Translations under genes and position numbers: made by a program
Part shown: positions 13,421-27,654 of the stretch, piece by piece
Numbering within the stretch: position 1 is the stretch's first letter
How the letters are laid out: each line of letters opens with the position of its first letter
The notes under the pieces: generated by a model
Database searches by the model: none
What the model was told of the DNA's origin: nothing
The model's input: only the letters and a program-made list of their open reading frames with translations
Assembly: GCF_001194135.2 (NCBI RefSeq)
Contig: NC_068985.1
Coordinates: 85,846,896 to 85,910,895, forward strand
Direction of reading: 5' to 3'
Length of the DNA: 64,000 bases
DNA from: Octopus bimaculoides
Taxonomy: Eukaryota

Positions 13421-14356
13421 AAGCGTTGTTTCCTTTGCTTTCAATGTTAATGAAAGTGTGAAAGTTAAATGTTAAGTTGGGAATCTAGATTTCAATTTAG
13501 TCAGAGAATTAATGCTGTGTCAGATGTCACAGCATTAACACGAATACTAATGTTTGGTTCAATTTTAGAAAATTAGGCACAACCAAGGAATTTTCTGTCT
13601 GAAAACTAATGCGCCTCACATTCACCAGGAGGAGCTGGGTGGGTGGCCTTTTAAATTTATCTATTTACTTTATTCATTTATTTGTTGTTATTACTATTTA
13701 TTATTGTTATTATCATCATTAGCATCATTATTACTATTGTTATTATTATTTCATTTGGGGAGTGGTCGACAGGATAATAAATTATCCGAAAACTATCCGT
13801 CTTCCACTCTTTCTTTTTTTTAAAATTACTTTCCTACAACATATAAAACACTGTGTTAAACTTTTTCTTTCTAAGAATTTCACTGTTATTTGCTCAACAG
13901 AAGCACACGAGTGGGTTCTTTCACATTATTATAAAGTATTTGAAGAGAATTGCTCTCATTTCTTCTCCTCCAAGAATTTAATTTACTGTTGACTCGTGCA
14001 AAATATTGAAGGAATTAACTGCAATTGAAGATGCTTTTCTAAGTAAGTAAAATTCAGGATGCTGAGAGGAAATTAACAAAGTTTATGTTGCAGCTAAATA
14101 TATTCGGAAGATCCATATTTTGATGCTTATCCAATCAGCAAAAAAAATATTGAACTCTCCGTTGATCAACATCACCAGTGTTATGATGACAATGATGATA
14201 ATGATGATGATGATGGCGATGATTATGATGATGATATTGATAATTTAGGGGACATGAAAAACTACAGTTGGTAGCCATAAATTCCTTTTCTGATACTGTA
14301 TGTGTGTATATGTGTGCTTTATACAACACACATATATTCACACACTCACACAAATA

Positions 14357-14392
<36 letters not shown>

Positions 14393-14397
14393 CGTCA

Positions 14398-14565
14398 TTT
14401 TGGGATTTGGTTTGCAAGATTCTTTATGTGAGTTTGTGTGCTGAAGCATATTCTGTTGTGTTTGAAACTTTAGGAAAAATAAAATAGTAAAGGAGTGGAA
14501 ACTTTACCAGTGAATGTGTTAAATAACAAGGCACTTAAAGAAATCGACTCTCTCCAGACAACAAT
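14398..14565. repeat. Unclassified dispersed repeat with palindromic arm; second copy at 18520-18693
   Basis: Both copies share the head ttttgggatttggtt..gcaagattctttatgt. Segment 14493-14563 is the reverse complement of about 18580-18650. Confidence 0.7.
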
Positions 14566-14578
14566 ATATATATATATG

Positions 14579-14637
<59 letters not shown>

Positions 14638-16166
14638 CGATATGTAGTTTACTAATGGATGGAAAAGCAACCAAACAGGCAGGAAGAACTCATAGATTAT
14701 AAGGAAATTATGTCTAGTTTTTGAACCAAAATTGTTGAAGAAGATTGATTTAAAATCTCTCTCTATCTGATGACCACACAAGGAATGTATCTCTTTCACT
14801 TTCCAAACATTTCTCGAAGGGACACATTCATCATGTTGTCTTTTATGAGTTTTATAAAGGAGCGAAACCAAGTGCGGTGATAATAAGGTGTAAATGGGAT
14901 GAGAGCAAGTAGGAAGTTTAGTGCAAAGGATGAGCAAAGGGAAGGTGAAGCAAGAATAGTTGATTGAGAGACAGGGGTAGGGGTTGTTACGGCAACACAC
15001 CAGCATTACAGTTAAGGATTTTAGGGGACAATTCAAATGTTAGCAATACAACTGTGTTTACAAAGACACTTGGAAAAGTGCCAAAAGTTGCCAAAAATGA
15101 ATCACTTTCTGTAAAGAATCACAAATAACAAATCGATTCCTGTGAAGCATTGCATCAACTTTATCCCCACATGAGGTTCTTTTAGGTGGGGGGAGTGGAG
15201 ATGTTAAATGCGATCATCAGTGATTCGGTTGTGGTGACAGATGTACCTGAAAGCTGTGGTGGGTGGGGGGGTCTGGTATTTAAAGATCATGCTGCGTGTG
15301 TGATGTTATGAGCTAATGTAGTGGGTGAGGTGGGGGGAATGAAGGAGATGTCTGTAGAGATCCTTCCTTCTTTGCTGGAAACAAGTGTCAAGTTGAAGAG
15401 CAAGGATTTCACTGTGTATGTTGGAATATGCAAAGAATTATCCATTATGTTTCAATAATAACGAATCAGTCATAACTGAGGTCTTCTTTTCACTCTTCTG
15501 ATATTTAAAAAAAACTTTAGGCTAAAATCAACAAAAATGCTGAAGGGGTTTTTTTGTTCAGAACATCTCTCTGACCACACAGGGAACTAAGGATGTCCTA
15601 GAGGGGAAGAATTCCTCATCCACTACATTCTTCCAAGCTTGTTACTTCTAGACATCACTTATTTCAGTGTTTAGAAAACCATTCAGATCGACATGTTATT
15701 TCAAGAGGTCAAAAACGTGCTGACCTCTTATCTTGGATCAAAACGCAAGGAATCTTATAAACTTTGCAACCCCAGATTTGCAGATGATGAAACACAGTTA
15801 TCAAAATCAATCAAGAATCTATACTAATGATTAAACACATCTGCAATCATTGTTAGGTTTTCCTAAATTCATTTCAAAATTGGACAAAACTTTTGTTACA
15901 ACCTGATGTAACTTTGCAAGTTGACGTACTACTTAACCCGCATCATTCCAAGTGTCTTTTAGTAAATATTCCACGGAACCTTTAGCTACGTATTGTTATT
16001 TGTTTGTTGTACAAATGTTGTTTGTGAAACTGTTTATTATTGTCTTTGTAAATTATTTTACCTCATAACAATTATCTTCATCATCGACAAAAACATTGAC
16101 TTTTGCTTGAAATCTCATAGCAATCTGTTAATGGATAACTAACTTCACTGCTAATGTAATAGCAGG

Positions 16167-16210
<44 letters not shown>

Positions 16211-18261
16211 CATCTCCTCAACATATCACTCTCCCAAATGGAGTGACAATCAGTTTATATGCTCTTTAACCACAGTATACCTCATCCATACTTTGTTTGT
16301 GTGTATGCATATATACATATATATATATATATATANNNNNNNNNNNNNNNNNNNNNNNNNNNNNNNNNNNNNNNNNNNNNNNNNNNNNNNNNNNNNNNNN
16401 NNNNNNNNNNNNNNNNNNNNNNNNNNNNNNNNNNNNNNNNNNNNNNNNNNNNNNNNNNNNNNNNNNNNNNNNNNNNNNNGAGGCACCCCCCCCCCACTCA
16501 CCCCACCAATGTCCTACACCTGTGACCTGATGGCATTACAAGTCCATTCCAAGATACAGATCCACATTCACTCACTTTACCATTCATTCACTTAATCACA
16601 CATTTACGAATTAGAATCCAGGCACCACTAAAGCAGATTAATGGTTGGCACCAAACAGATCCTCCTGAGCTGTCGTCTCACCAACAAAATTACAAAACCC
16701 TGTTTCTCTGCTGAAAATTAAATTCAACAAAATGTTTCTCTTTCAGATAAGAATGATAAAACAAAAACAATAAGAAAAACACAATGCTGAGAGGTAATGT
16801 TTATCCCAACTTAAACATAGATGTTCTGTTAGAACAGATTATTCTGCAGTAGATACCACGAGAGAAACTCTCTCATATTGGCTTTTTGGTGCAGAATGCA
16901 TGCTTGTTTATTAATGCCTGAGGGTATGGTAGAAGACATTTGACCCAGGTGCCACACAGTACGACAGAGCTTGTGGTTAAGAAGCAAACTTCTTTACCAC
17001 ACAACCTGCACCTACCTCTGTTGTCAATTGACTTGTTAGAAATAGCAGCCCAATCACCTTCATTTCAAACCCTTCCTTAAAATGAAACAGACTCATTGGA
17101 AAGTATAGATACATATTGTTTGAATAAAGGGTGAGATGGTCATGGTTAAACTACCCTATGTCCTAGGTCATCCTTCTCAAAGCTGACCCCATAAAACTAA
17201 ACAATAATACACATGCTACTGAAGTGTCTCCATCTGGAGTCACACAACAACAACAACAACAACAAAAGTACTGACTGAAGCATTGTCTTTATGGCTTTCT
17301 TAATGTGAAGTCAAGTGAAACACTCTGCGAGTCTTTATGAAGTCATTTCATCTGCTTGAAAGAGTAATCAAATTCGTTCAAATCACAACCCACTATCTTC
17401 ATAAAAGAAGGACACACGGGGCCAATGTAGGCCTTAGATGTACCAAAGACAAAGAAGCCATGGATGGAACTCGTTCATATGCCTGTTGGATCCTAAAGCG
17501 ACCGGTGGGGGGGGGGTCAAACAATAACACCTACAACAACAACAACAAGCAACCAACATTTATCACAGCTACTTTCATAACAGAATTTAGAAAATGGATT
17601 CCACCACACACCACCACCACCACCACCACCATCACCAGCATCAACATTAGCAGCAGTGCCACTGCCGCCGCCGCCACCACCACCATCATTGTTTAACTAA
17701 GTGACGCTGATCTCATTTACAAAATGTGTCTACCTATTTTATATCGTTTATCAGTTAATCTCTCAAGCATTTTCCTATCTAAATGTTGTATTCGTCTTTA
17801 ATGAAGCAAGGTGTTTGGAAACATTATTCTGGTCAAAGTCAGCTCAGTTGAATCTTCAATTCTGGAACTTTGAACTAACGCTTAATAACATTGAACTTTA
17901 TAAACTTCTTTAAAACATCACATGGAAACATTTTGGTGTGAGCGATTTGCGGTCACACACAGGGAAGGAAGAAAAACTTCACACACACACACACACACAC
18001 ACTTGTTTGCATTTGTGAATCTCTGCATCTGTGTGTGGGTATGGTTACTTAAAGCATAGCATGGCAACAACGTGATTGCACATACTAAAGGGAAAATTAA
18101 ACGCGCGTGTGTGTGTGTGTGTGTGTGTGTGTGAGTGTGTAATGGGTGTACATGCATTATTAAGTACTCTTTACAAGGAACTAGCTGCTTCTTACAAACA
18201 TAACAGAAAAATATACATAAGACTATCAAATGAGATAAGTCCAACAGTAGTTTATATATGT

Positions 18262-18480
18262 GGAGGTGCATGGCTCAGTGGTTAGGGCAGTGGACTTGCT
18301 CTTGTAGGTTCACAGTCCCGATTCCCAGACAGGGCGTTGTGAGTGTTTATTGAGCGAAAACACCTAAAGCTCCACGAGGCTCCAGCAGGGGGTGGGGTGA
18401 ACCCTGCTGTACTCTTTCACCACAACTTTCTCTCGCTCTTTCTTCAACTGGAACCCTTGTCGTTGTAACCGACGTTGTGC
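18262..18480 (+). mobile_element. tRNA-derived SINE (distinct family)
   Basis: A-box-like tggctcagtgg and degenerate B-box gtcccgattccc, followed by a non-tRNA body. Confidence 0.65.
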
Positions 18481-19402
18481 CATGTAATTCTATATATAGA
18501 CAACAACATTAAATATATATTTCGTTTTGGGATTTGGTTGGCACGATTCTTTATGTAAGTTCGTGTGTTGAAGCATATTCTGTTGTGTCTGGGGAGAGTC
18601 ATTCTCTTTTGGTGTCTTATAATTTAACACACTCACTGGTAAAAATTCCAACAAAAATTTTAGAAAAATAAAGAAATAGGTGGAAATTTTACTNNNNNNN
18701 NNNNNNNNNNNNNNNNNNNNNNNNNNNNNNNNNNNNNNNNNNNNNNNNNNNNNNNNNNNNNNNNNNNNNNNNNNNNNNNNNNNNNNNNNNNNNNNNNNNN
18801 NNNNNNNNNNNNNNNNNNNNNNNNNNNNNNNNNNNNNNNNNNNNNNNNNNNNNNNNNNNNNNNNNNNNNNNNNNNNNNNNNNNNNNNNNNNNNNNNNNNN
18901 NNNNNNNNNNNNNNNNNNNNNNNNNNNNNNNNNNNNNNNNNNNNNNNNNNNNNNNNNNNNNNNNNNNNNNNNNNNNNNNNNNNNNNNNNNNNNNNNNNNN
19001 NNNNNNNNNNNNNNNNNNNNNNNNNNNNNNNNNNNNNNNNNNNNNNNNNNNNNNNNNNNNNNNNNNNNNNNNNNNNNNNNNNNNNNNNNNNNNNNNNNNN
19101 NNNNNNNNNNNNNNNNNNNNNNNNNNNNNNNNNNNNNNNNNNNNNNNNNNNNNNNNNNNNNNNNNNNNNNNNNNNNNNNNNNNNNNNNNNNNNNNNNNNN
19201 NNNNNNNNNNNNNNNNNNNNNNNNNNNNNNNNNNNNNNNNNNNNNNNNNNNNNNNNNNNNNNNNNNNNNNNNNNNNNNNNNNNNNNNNNNNNNNNNNNNN
19301 NNNNNNNNNNNNNNNNNNNNNNNNNNNNNNNNNNNNNNNNNNNNNNNNNNNNNNNNNNNNNNNNNNNNNNNNNNNNNNNNNNNNNNNNNNNNNNNNNNNN
19401 NN

Positions 19403-19496
19403 AACTGGCTGGCTGGCCAACTGGCTGGCTGGCCAACTGGCTGGCTGGCCAACTGGCTGGCTGGCAAACTGGCTGGCTGGCCAACTGGCTGGCTGG
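19403..19496. repeat. 16-bp tandem repeat (aactggctggctggcc)n, about 6 copies, running into a gap
   Basis: Directly visible. Confidence 0.95.
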
Positions 19497-21289
19497 GTAT
19501 CTGTCTAGTCAGTTTGTAAAGTTGATAACCAAATAATTAAAAATCAATAATGAGCATCAGGAGAAATTTAGAAGCAAACCTCCAAGACGGCAGAAGAATA
19601 ATGGAGAAAATTTCATGAGAAACAGGAATGCTCCTTCTTTGATTTTGTAGGATTACTTTTTTGTTTTTAAGAAATGCAAGAATTTTTAATAAACAAATGT
19701 TCCTTCCATTAGTTTAAGGAATCTATTGTTATAAAATCTGATGTAAGAGCATAAAATGAAGAAAGGATCAAATAGACTATTCAGCTAACAAAGAAGGACT
19801 TAGTCATCATCATCATCGTCATCATCAACATCATCATCATCATCTGGTCATCATCAGCATCATCGTTGTCTTCATCATCATCGTCTTTGTAATCATCATC
19901 ATCATCATCATCCTCATCATCATTTTAACATTTACTTTTCCATGTTTGTTTGAGTCAGATGGAATTATCTAAGCAATTTTCCACAACTGAATACCTTTCC
20001 TGTGGCCAACATTCACTTGTGTCCAAGTAATATTATATTTACCCTTGGCAGGACATCTTTCTGCAGAAGCTTGCAAATGAAGGACAAGTTTGTATGACGA
20101 TGCCTTTTGCTTACAAGAATCACATAAGGCCAAAATAAGGCAAAACATACTTACATGCACACACACACAGGTAATCAAAGGTTTTCCAGATGTGAGCAAC
20201 CCATAGATTTTTTTGATTATGTTATTCATCCAGTATCCTTTCATTTTTAAGATGGCAGAGTGTTATTTGGGAGAGATTTGGTTGTTATTTCTGGCATATT
20301 GATCATTCATGTGGAAATCCATTCTACTGCTGATTGATTTTGGTAGAAATCCCAAATAGATGAGGTTCAGAGATTTTTCTTTTCCCAAAGAATTCAAGAT
20401 AAAACTGCATTAATATTCTCAAAGTGCATTTCTTATCACCACACCTTATTCCTGAGTTTGTGAAATTTCGGGGATGAAAAAAGGGAAAAGAAAAGAAAAA
20501 GGGAAAAAAAAACAAAAAAAAAAATCTCCGAGTAATGAGAATGAGAGAACTTGTAAAGATGTGAATGAAAATGAATGAATGGGCATCCATCCATCAATAC
20601 ATATGTGCATGTGTGTGTGTGAGTGCGTGTGCACACTTATATACATACATGCATGCATACACCTGCCCAAAGACACAGATAAGTACATGCATAGCCAAGT
20701 GTGAAGATGTTGGAGCTGCTGAGCTCACAAAGAAATTTTATCATGGGTTTGATTTGTGAATCAGGCAACATATTGCGTCTTTGAGCAAGGCACTTCATTT
20801 TACAATCACATAGTTCATTCGCCTGAAAATAAGGACCAGAAGTTGCTGCTGCTGAGGTGATTTCTGTGTAAGACTGGCATTCCATCCAGGGAGAGAAGTC
20901 TTGCATTTTCAGTTTTCCAATGCCATGGAAACCAGTCAAAGTTCCAGCCTAAAGCCTTTCTAGACTCATGATTCCATACGTATATTTACATAATTGTAGC
21001 GATATTAGAGGTGTATATACCTGCACATTTCCATAGTGATGGTTATGTCTCTCTATATCTATATGCATTTCATAGCAATAATATGTTTGTACATATGTGA
21101 TAGAAACTTCTCCATTTTATTATAATACTCTCTAACGAAGTCAAAATTTTGGTGAGAATAATTTCAAAAGCAATATAAAACTTTATCCCTGTACTTAAAG
21201 TTGGAAGCAGATACCTTCTGATTATCCATCTAACATTTCCTCAACCAATCTGAGATAATCTTTTGAAATTTCCACCCATACTGCAGAGT

Positions 21290-22295
21290 AGGAGATAATC
21301 CTTCCTCATTGGCAAAACGAACAGCATCAAACAAGGTTGCATTCTTGCTCCTACACACTTTGAAATCTTCTTTACTGTCCTGATGAAACAAGGCAACACA
21401 ACACAAAGAATCTGCTTATGGACTAAATGAGATGACAGCTTCTTCAGTTTAGCAAAGTATTTCATCTCAGACTCAAAACAAAAGTTTATGTAGCACTCTT
21501 CAGAATCTTTCCGTTTGCTAAAAACACAGCCGTTGCCACAGCAAACAAGTATTCTAGTCACCAATGGACCATTTCTCTCACACTTGCAAGAACTTCTTTC
21601 TGACCATTGGTTTGTAGAAAGCAAACATCATGGGTATTAAAGGCAGTACTGATCCTCATGATCATTGATAACAAACTTGTTTATCAGTTGACAAATCTTG
21701 GTTATATCATTGTTGATCATCTCTCCGTGAACTCAGAGAGTGGCAAGAGGATTAGAAAGGCAATTTCAACTGTTCTTTGTCTCAAGTATCAAGAGAAGAT
21801 AAATGCTAGGGTGAAGGTTAAGACAGAAATTGTGACTTAACAATGCCTGTGTCATAGACACATTGGTAGAGACATCGATTACAAAATGCCAGACAAGAGA
21901 GAGAAAGCCTTCGATTTGTGGAGAAGAGGGAAAGCAATGTAGCTACATAATATATAAACTTATAGCAGAGCACACAACACACACACACACACACACACAC
22001 ACAGAGGAATTGGATGTTTACTGAGGGATCAAACTACATATGAGTCCCATTACCACCTCTTTTCGTGCCAATCAGAGTGAGCCTCAGATCATTTCATTTG
22101 CGAGAAATAACAGCTAAATATCCTTCACAACACATCACACCATATTAGAAAACAGACGCATGACATAATATTGTCTTTGATGTGTTATGTATGGAAAAGA
22201 AGAAAGACGATTTGGTCACGACTGAAACGTCTGTGACTGTACATATGTTGGTGACCTCACATATATCTGCACAGTAAGAGCTGACCTGAGGTAAG

Positions 22296-22330
<35 letters not shown>

Positions 22331-22510
22331 CAACACCATGTCATTGCCTTTGAACTGGAAGTCTGCCTCATTGAAGATTATGGACATGGCATGAGACATG
22401 TGTCTGGTAAAAGTCAGTCTTAAAGAGCAGACCACACTATAATAGTCTCCGACGTTAGTTTGAGACCAAATTAATGATGGGGTTTGCCAGTGTTTATTGC
22501 TTATCCTATT
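21290..22510 (+). mobile_element. Fragmented RTE/BovB-like LINE (RT to C-terminus), interrupted by (CA)n, a SINE-like repeat and (CAG)n
   Basis: KTNSIKQGCILAPTHFEIFFTVLMKQ matches the RT QGxxLAPxLF motif, and ESGKRIRKAISTV follows. Similarity at 22200-22510 is weaker. Confidence 0.75.
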
Positions 22511-22703
22511 CACATCATCAATAACAGATATATATTTGCAATTTATATCATAAATTATTGAATTTACACCTTAAAAAGGAAATTTTACATATGTATATCA
22601 GTTAATATTACACGTGCATATATACTCTACACACTCACACACAATGTACATATGCATATATATGAATGTATGTATGTATATTTATATATATACACATATA
22701 TAC

Positions 22704-22738
<35 letters not shown>

Positions 22739-22995
22739 NNNNNNNNNNNNNNNNNNNNNNNNNNNNNNNNNNNNNNNNNNNNNNNNNNNNNNNNNNNNNN
22801 NNNNNNNNNNNNNNNNNNNNNNNNNNNNNNNNNNNNNNNNNNNNNNNNNNNNNNNNNNNNNNNNNNNNNNNNNNNNNNNNNNNNNNNNNNNNNNNNNNNN
22901 NNNNNNNNNNNNNNNNNNNNNNNNNNNNNNNNNNNNNNNNNNNNNNNNNNNNNNNNNNNNNNNNNNNNNNNNNNNNNNNNNNNNNNNNNNNNNNN

Positions 22996-23041
<46 letters not shown>

Positions 23042-23144
23042 AATGTGTGTACACATATATTTGCTTGCATACACACACATATATGAACGTATATGCATAT
23101 GTATATATGCGTGTGTCTATATGTAATCTAAATATATAACATTG

Positions 23145-23188
<44 letters not shown>

Positions 23189-24839
23189 TGTGTGTGTGTA
23201 TACATATCTCATACATGAATACATATATAGAATACAATAATACAGATGTTGTCAAAATTGTATGAATTCCAATAATTTCGATAAACTAAATCTTCTAATT
23301 CATTTTGACCCGAAAAATTCAATAATCTCTTTGATTTATAACATTTTCACTATTTCAATTTGAATGATGTAGTTTGGTTGCCGGATGAAACAAGAAACCT
23401 TATTATCGATAATCAAACAACGAAATTGCATTGAAAACTTGAGTCACGTAAATCGGAGGCGCTTTCTATTTCTTAACGTGTTAAAACCTAACGAAAAGAA
23501 AACCAAATGCTATATTCGATTTAGTCTATGAGAAGGCGATACGGAGATCAGATTTTCAGTATTAACAAAATACAATACTAGAAATTTTGAAAAAATTTTT
23601 CAGGCATGAACGGTTTCTAAGCTTTCTATTGTAAATCAGTTAATTCCCTTTCAAATATTGTTTTATTACATCTGCAAGAAATCTTAATGTAAAAAAATGT
23701 TGGATTATTTCTTGTCCAAATCTGATCAACAGACAAAGTCTGAGCATCGATGGGGAAGAAGGAATTTCGTGAGACCAATGAGAAGAAAAGAGATAGGTGG
23801 AGAGATAACAATGGAGAGAGAGAAAGAGGGGCAGAGAAAAATAGTGAGAGTGAGAGAAAGAGAGATGTGCTGAAAGATTAGTCACCTAAGCTATAAAGTG
23901 AATTGCAAGATGCAATCCTCTTTATCCAAAAAGGATTTATACAGTTTAATAACTTTTAACTTACGTCACAGTTGGAATCAGGAAGTCAAAAGTTTATTAA
24001 AATTACAAATACACCCACATAAAATACACCCACACACCCACACACACAGGCCTACGTATGAATGTGTATATATTTGTGTGTGACAGAAGGTTTGAATATA
24101 TATCCATACATATATATATATGTACACATGCATAAATCTATGTATGCAGAGTTTGTGTGGGTGTGTATGTGTCTATTTGTATATAAGTACATGTGTGCAT
24201 CCATTCTTTTATTAGTTTAGTAGTTTTGCTGGACAGTGGCCATACTGGAGCACTGCCTTCAAAGATTTATTGAATCATTTCAACTCCAGTCCCTATTTTA
24301 TTTATACAATTTGACAATGTATTATGCTTGTGTGTATATGTATTTATGCATTTGTGTGTGTGTGTGTGTAAACATGCATGTGTATATCAGTGTGTGTATG
24401 TGCATGTGTGTATTCTTATTATCATCATTTTCATAACTGTTTTCTTCCATACTTCCATGCTTTAAGTTTCACTTAGTGGAGGCAGTATTCAATGGTGAGA
24501 GATTCTTCCTGTTTTTCAGTCCTGACTGTCTGTCATCTGAGGCATTTTTATTCCATTGGTCTTCCATTTTGTGGTGAGCCACAGGATGCAGCATTTGTCA
24601 AAGACAAACGCTACATCCTGAATCAATGCCAGTGTGAAGAAATGAATATTTATGCTTACAAAAGCAGACATTTGAGTGCCCACTGGGGCTGGATGGGTCG
24701 GGTGTATATTTTCTTGCTGGGGCAGGGGGAAGGGTCAGTGTTCAGGGCTTCTGCTAACCCTCCAACACCTATGTGACATTATGTCATTATCATTCCTTTT
24801 GAATGTTAGTAAGTAAATTCTTGCTGGAAAGATAGAAGC

Positions 24840-25143
24840 ATAAAGTGAATTACAGAGGGATGGCATTCTATGAAGGAAGGACTGGGTATCCGTCTTTCAT
24901 AGTGTGGTGCCTGAATGGATTGCATACGAGAAGAGTCATGAGAAGAGGAGAGATGAGTGGGTTAAGAATACCTGAGATGAGGTGGAATAAATGCATTCTA
25001 TTCTATAGAGCAGAGGCCATTATGGTAGAGGAGGACATGAAGGAGAAAGGAGACCTGACATCTGTGAGCCAGAGAGTGGACTATGTCTGTAGGGGTCGTT
25101 ATACCGATCAGCCAGATGGCTCCCTTTTTGGATGTGTTCTACG

Positions 25144-25189
<46 letters not shown>

Positions 25190-25910
25190 AACATTCATAC
25201 GCCTTTGTGGGCCTTAGCTGAGTTTTATAGTGCCTAAGTAATCATTGGCATATGAAAATCTTCTGGTTGTGAAGAGAAGGGTCAGTCACTGTAGAAGGTT
25301 AGGCATGAATGAAGGGCAAAAGCATCCATTTAAGACCAGGTGTTGCCTGATGCAATGACAAAGAAATCATTGATGTACGGAAGAAAGAGAGTGAAGGGGA
25401 AAACTTAACCATGGATGCTTGCTTCATTTAATAGAGTGAAGGGCAGAAAAAGTTCTTTCAGCACATCCCATGATTAAGTGATGAGATAAGGAAGTTACTA
25501 ATCCAAAAGACAGAAAGCTACCCAGCCATGAGGTGGGGGCATAGAAGATTCTTGTGCTAGACATGTTTGGAAGACTTGTTTATATAGGTGAGGATAATAT
25601 TGATTTTAACAAATTTCCTCATGGCAAGAGCCTATTTGTTAGTGGTATGGGGGCGGGGAGATAGGTCATCAGTAAATCTGGTTTTACAGAAACTATGGTG
25701 ATGATTAAGAAGAGAATGACATGACAGACATTGGTGTTAATATGTGTTTCTACTTAGTGACTAGATAAAGCAGGCAAAGATTAGAGAGGTTGTCTTTTTT
25801 GGGAAGTGGGCAGCAGACAAGAAGGCATTCTAAAAATCAAGATAGATTCCTCTAGAGAGGGGGAAATTTCAAAGTCTGGTGAGCATAGGGGCTAGACCTG
25901 GGTTGCAATA
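24840..25910 (-). mobile_element. Decayed CR1/L2/Jockey-group LINE (RT and 3' end)
   Basis: Minus-strand FTLFLPYINDF resembles GPTLFLLYINDL, and SFLHRMPSLCNSL resembles SFFxRTxxLWNSLP. Confidence 0.7.
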
Positions 25911-26059
25911 TTTTAGGGTAAGCAATTGTATGCATGTGTATTTTCAGTATTGCTTGAAACTAAAGTATTCTATAGAATGTCTCCAAATTCAAGACAAAAT
26001 ATAAAGTCTGAAACTCTACATGTGTTTCCTAGATATTTTATAGATTAGAGAATTTGTGT

Positions 26060-26660
26060 TTGGTAGCATGGTACATTGGCATTAACTGATGGTGAAGAAT
26101 ATGATGATGATGACGATGGTATGAATGAGGAGAACAAAATGTTCTCACTAATGGGCAAGATGCCAAATAATCTTCTGCTATACCCTACATAACCAAAGAA
26201 AATCTCCCACACAATAAGTTCCTGCAAACTGAGTGTAGAACAAAACGTTGGATTTCTGAACACAACCAAGTATATGGAGATACAATATTTTAGTGATTTC
26301 CAAGGATGTCCAGGACAATTTCTATTGGAAGGTCATGTCGCAGTGTGTATTGGAACAGCTTTTTTGTGCCAGATCATAGATTTTTGTATGTAGGAAACCT
26401 TTATTTGCAGAGGAAGACATTCCAGTGGACAAACAAAACCTCACTCCTACCAGCTACAACACAACAATACCTTGGAACTTGTCAATGATTTGTTTAAGAG
26501 AAAGACAAAAGTGTGAAAGTAAGAAATATTTTTGTGTTTAGGAAACACTACTATCCAGTCAGAAACTGTAGAACACAGTTGAAAATGTCACTCAAGTTCA
26601 GGCTATTGTAATAAATACAAGACTGAAATGTTACAAATAACATCAGAATATTTTTGTATA
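26060..26660 (+). mobile_element. Possible highly decayed piggyBac transposase fragment
   Basis: Acidic TDGEEYDDDDDG segment, then FICRGRHSSGQTKP, loosely resembling the GRHSxKQ...KP motif. No continuous frame. Confidence 0.25.
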
Positions 26661-27440
26661 AAATAGATTTTGGAAGTAGTTTGCTCCTAATATTTTCTCA
26701 TCTCTTTTGTCTGTTAAATGTGTGTTTAGGTTTTATAGACTTCTGTTGGTTAATAAAGTGTCCAACCCTTGTCTGCTGTATTATTTTATCCCAACAAATG
26801 CCAGCCATTCTACAAAATATCTCAGCAAAGTATAGAAGGTCACAATGAAACTTGTTTCAGACTTTGCCAAAAAAATTCTACAGAATAAATAGATATTCTA
26901 TTTCACACAATACTGGTGTCATGTGTGTATATGTATATACACATATTCCTGAGAGTGTATGCATGCATGTATGTATGAATGTATACATCTGTGAATATGC
27001 ATTATCTCTTTGTAGTGTGTGTACAGTTTTGCTAATCTGGCATCTTGGTAGTGGTGTCGATTATCAAATATACTGGAAATCAGTCTTAAAATAAATACAA
27101 TAAAGTCACATGTTTTTAAGCAGGTCATCAAAGATACAAATAGTTTTCAGTCACCATAATATCTGCTGATCTCTTTTCATCAGACAAATCAAGTTTATAA
27201 ATGCCAAGTTATATTTCAAAGTTTCTGAACAAATCTCCATGAATGTCCATATATTTTGTATCAGTACATGGCCGTTTGAAAGGATGTGAAAACCAAGAAT
27301 ACTATCGCATGTGGATATAAGTTCATCAACCATGTAAAAACAGAGTTATGTCAGTTCGTGGTTGATTCAGAGAAGAGTAAAGATGTTGAGGTGTGACAAA
27401 AATTTAAAAAATTTCAGAACCAGCTGTGGTTTTTATTTAA

Positions 27441-27654
27441 CCCTTTCATTACTGTTGAGATTCTCTGTGTTTCTTTCTATTACTTCTAAATATAACAAAG
27501 AATTTAGTAAAATAACTTAGTTACCATTCAGATAGTTTTAGGAACATAAATTGTGATTAAATGTTTGGTGGAAGATTTTAATTCAAAACTTATAAAAACA
27601 AGACATTTGTACTCAGAGCCAGAGGCGGTTTCAGCTGGGTTGGTAACAAAAGGG
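27441..27654. mobile_element. piggyBac-like MITE, 214 bp
   Basis: TTAA|ccctttc...aaaaggg|TTAA ends. Confidence 0.75.

Noticed and set aside
15000-16170. About 1.1 kb of complex sequence with faint RT/endonuclease-like words (e.g. minus-strand IFVDF)
   Set aside because: No frame gives a consistent motif series. It is probably a very old retroelement, but I cannot support a class.
18262-18340. tRNA-like A/B boxes
   Set aside because: There is no cloverleaf; this is a SINE head. No tRNA, rRNA or CRISPR array is supported anywhere in the window.
22145-22513. Minus-strand ORF with an apparent signal peptide (MVLLLLLLLLLLLLFLPQVSS-YCADIC...)
   Set aside because: The poly-Leu is the antisense of a (CAG)n microsatellite, and the surroundings resemble the 3' end of the + strand RTE LINE. 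No good splice donor follows.
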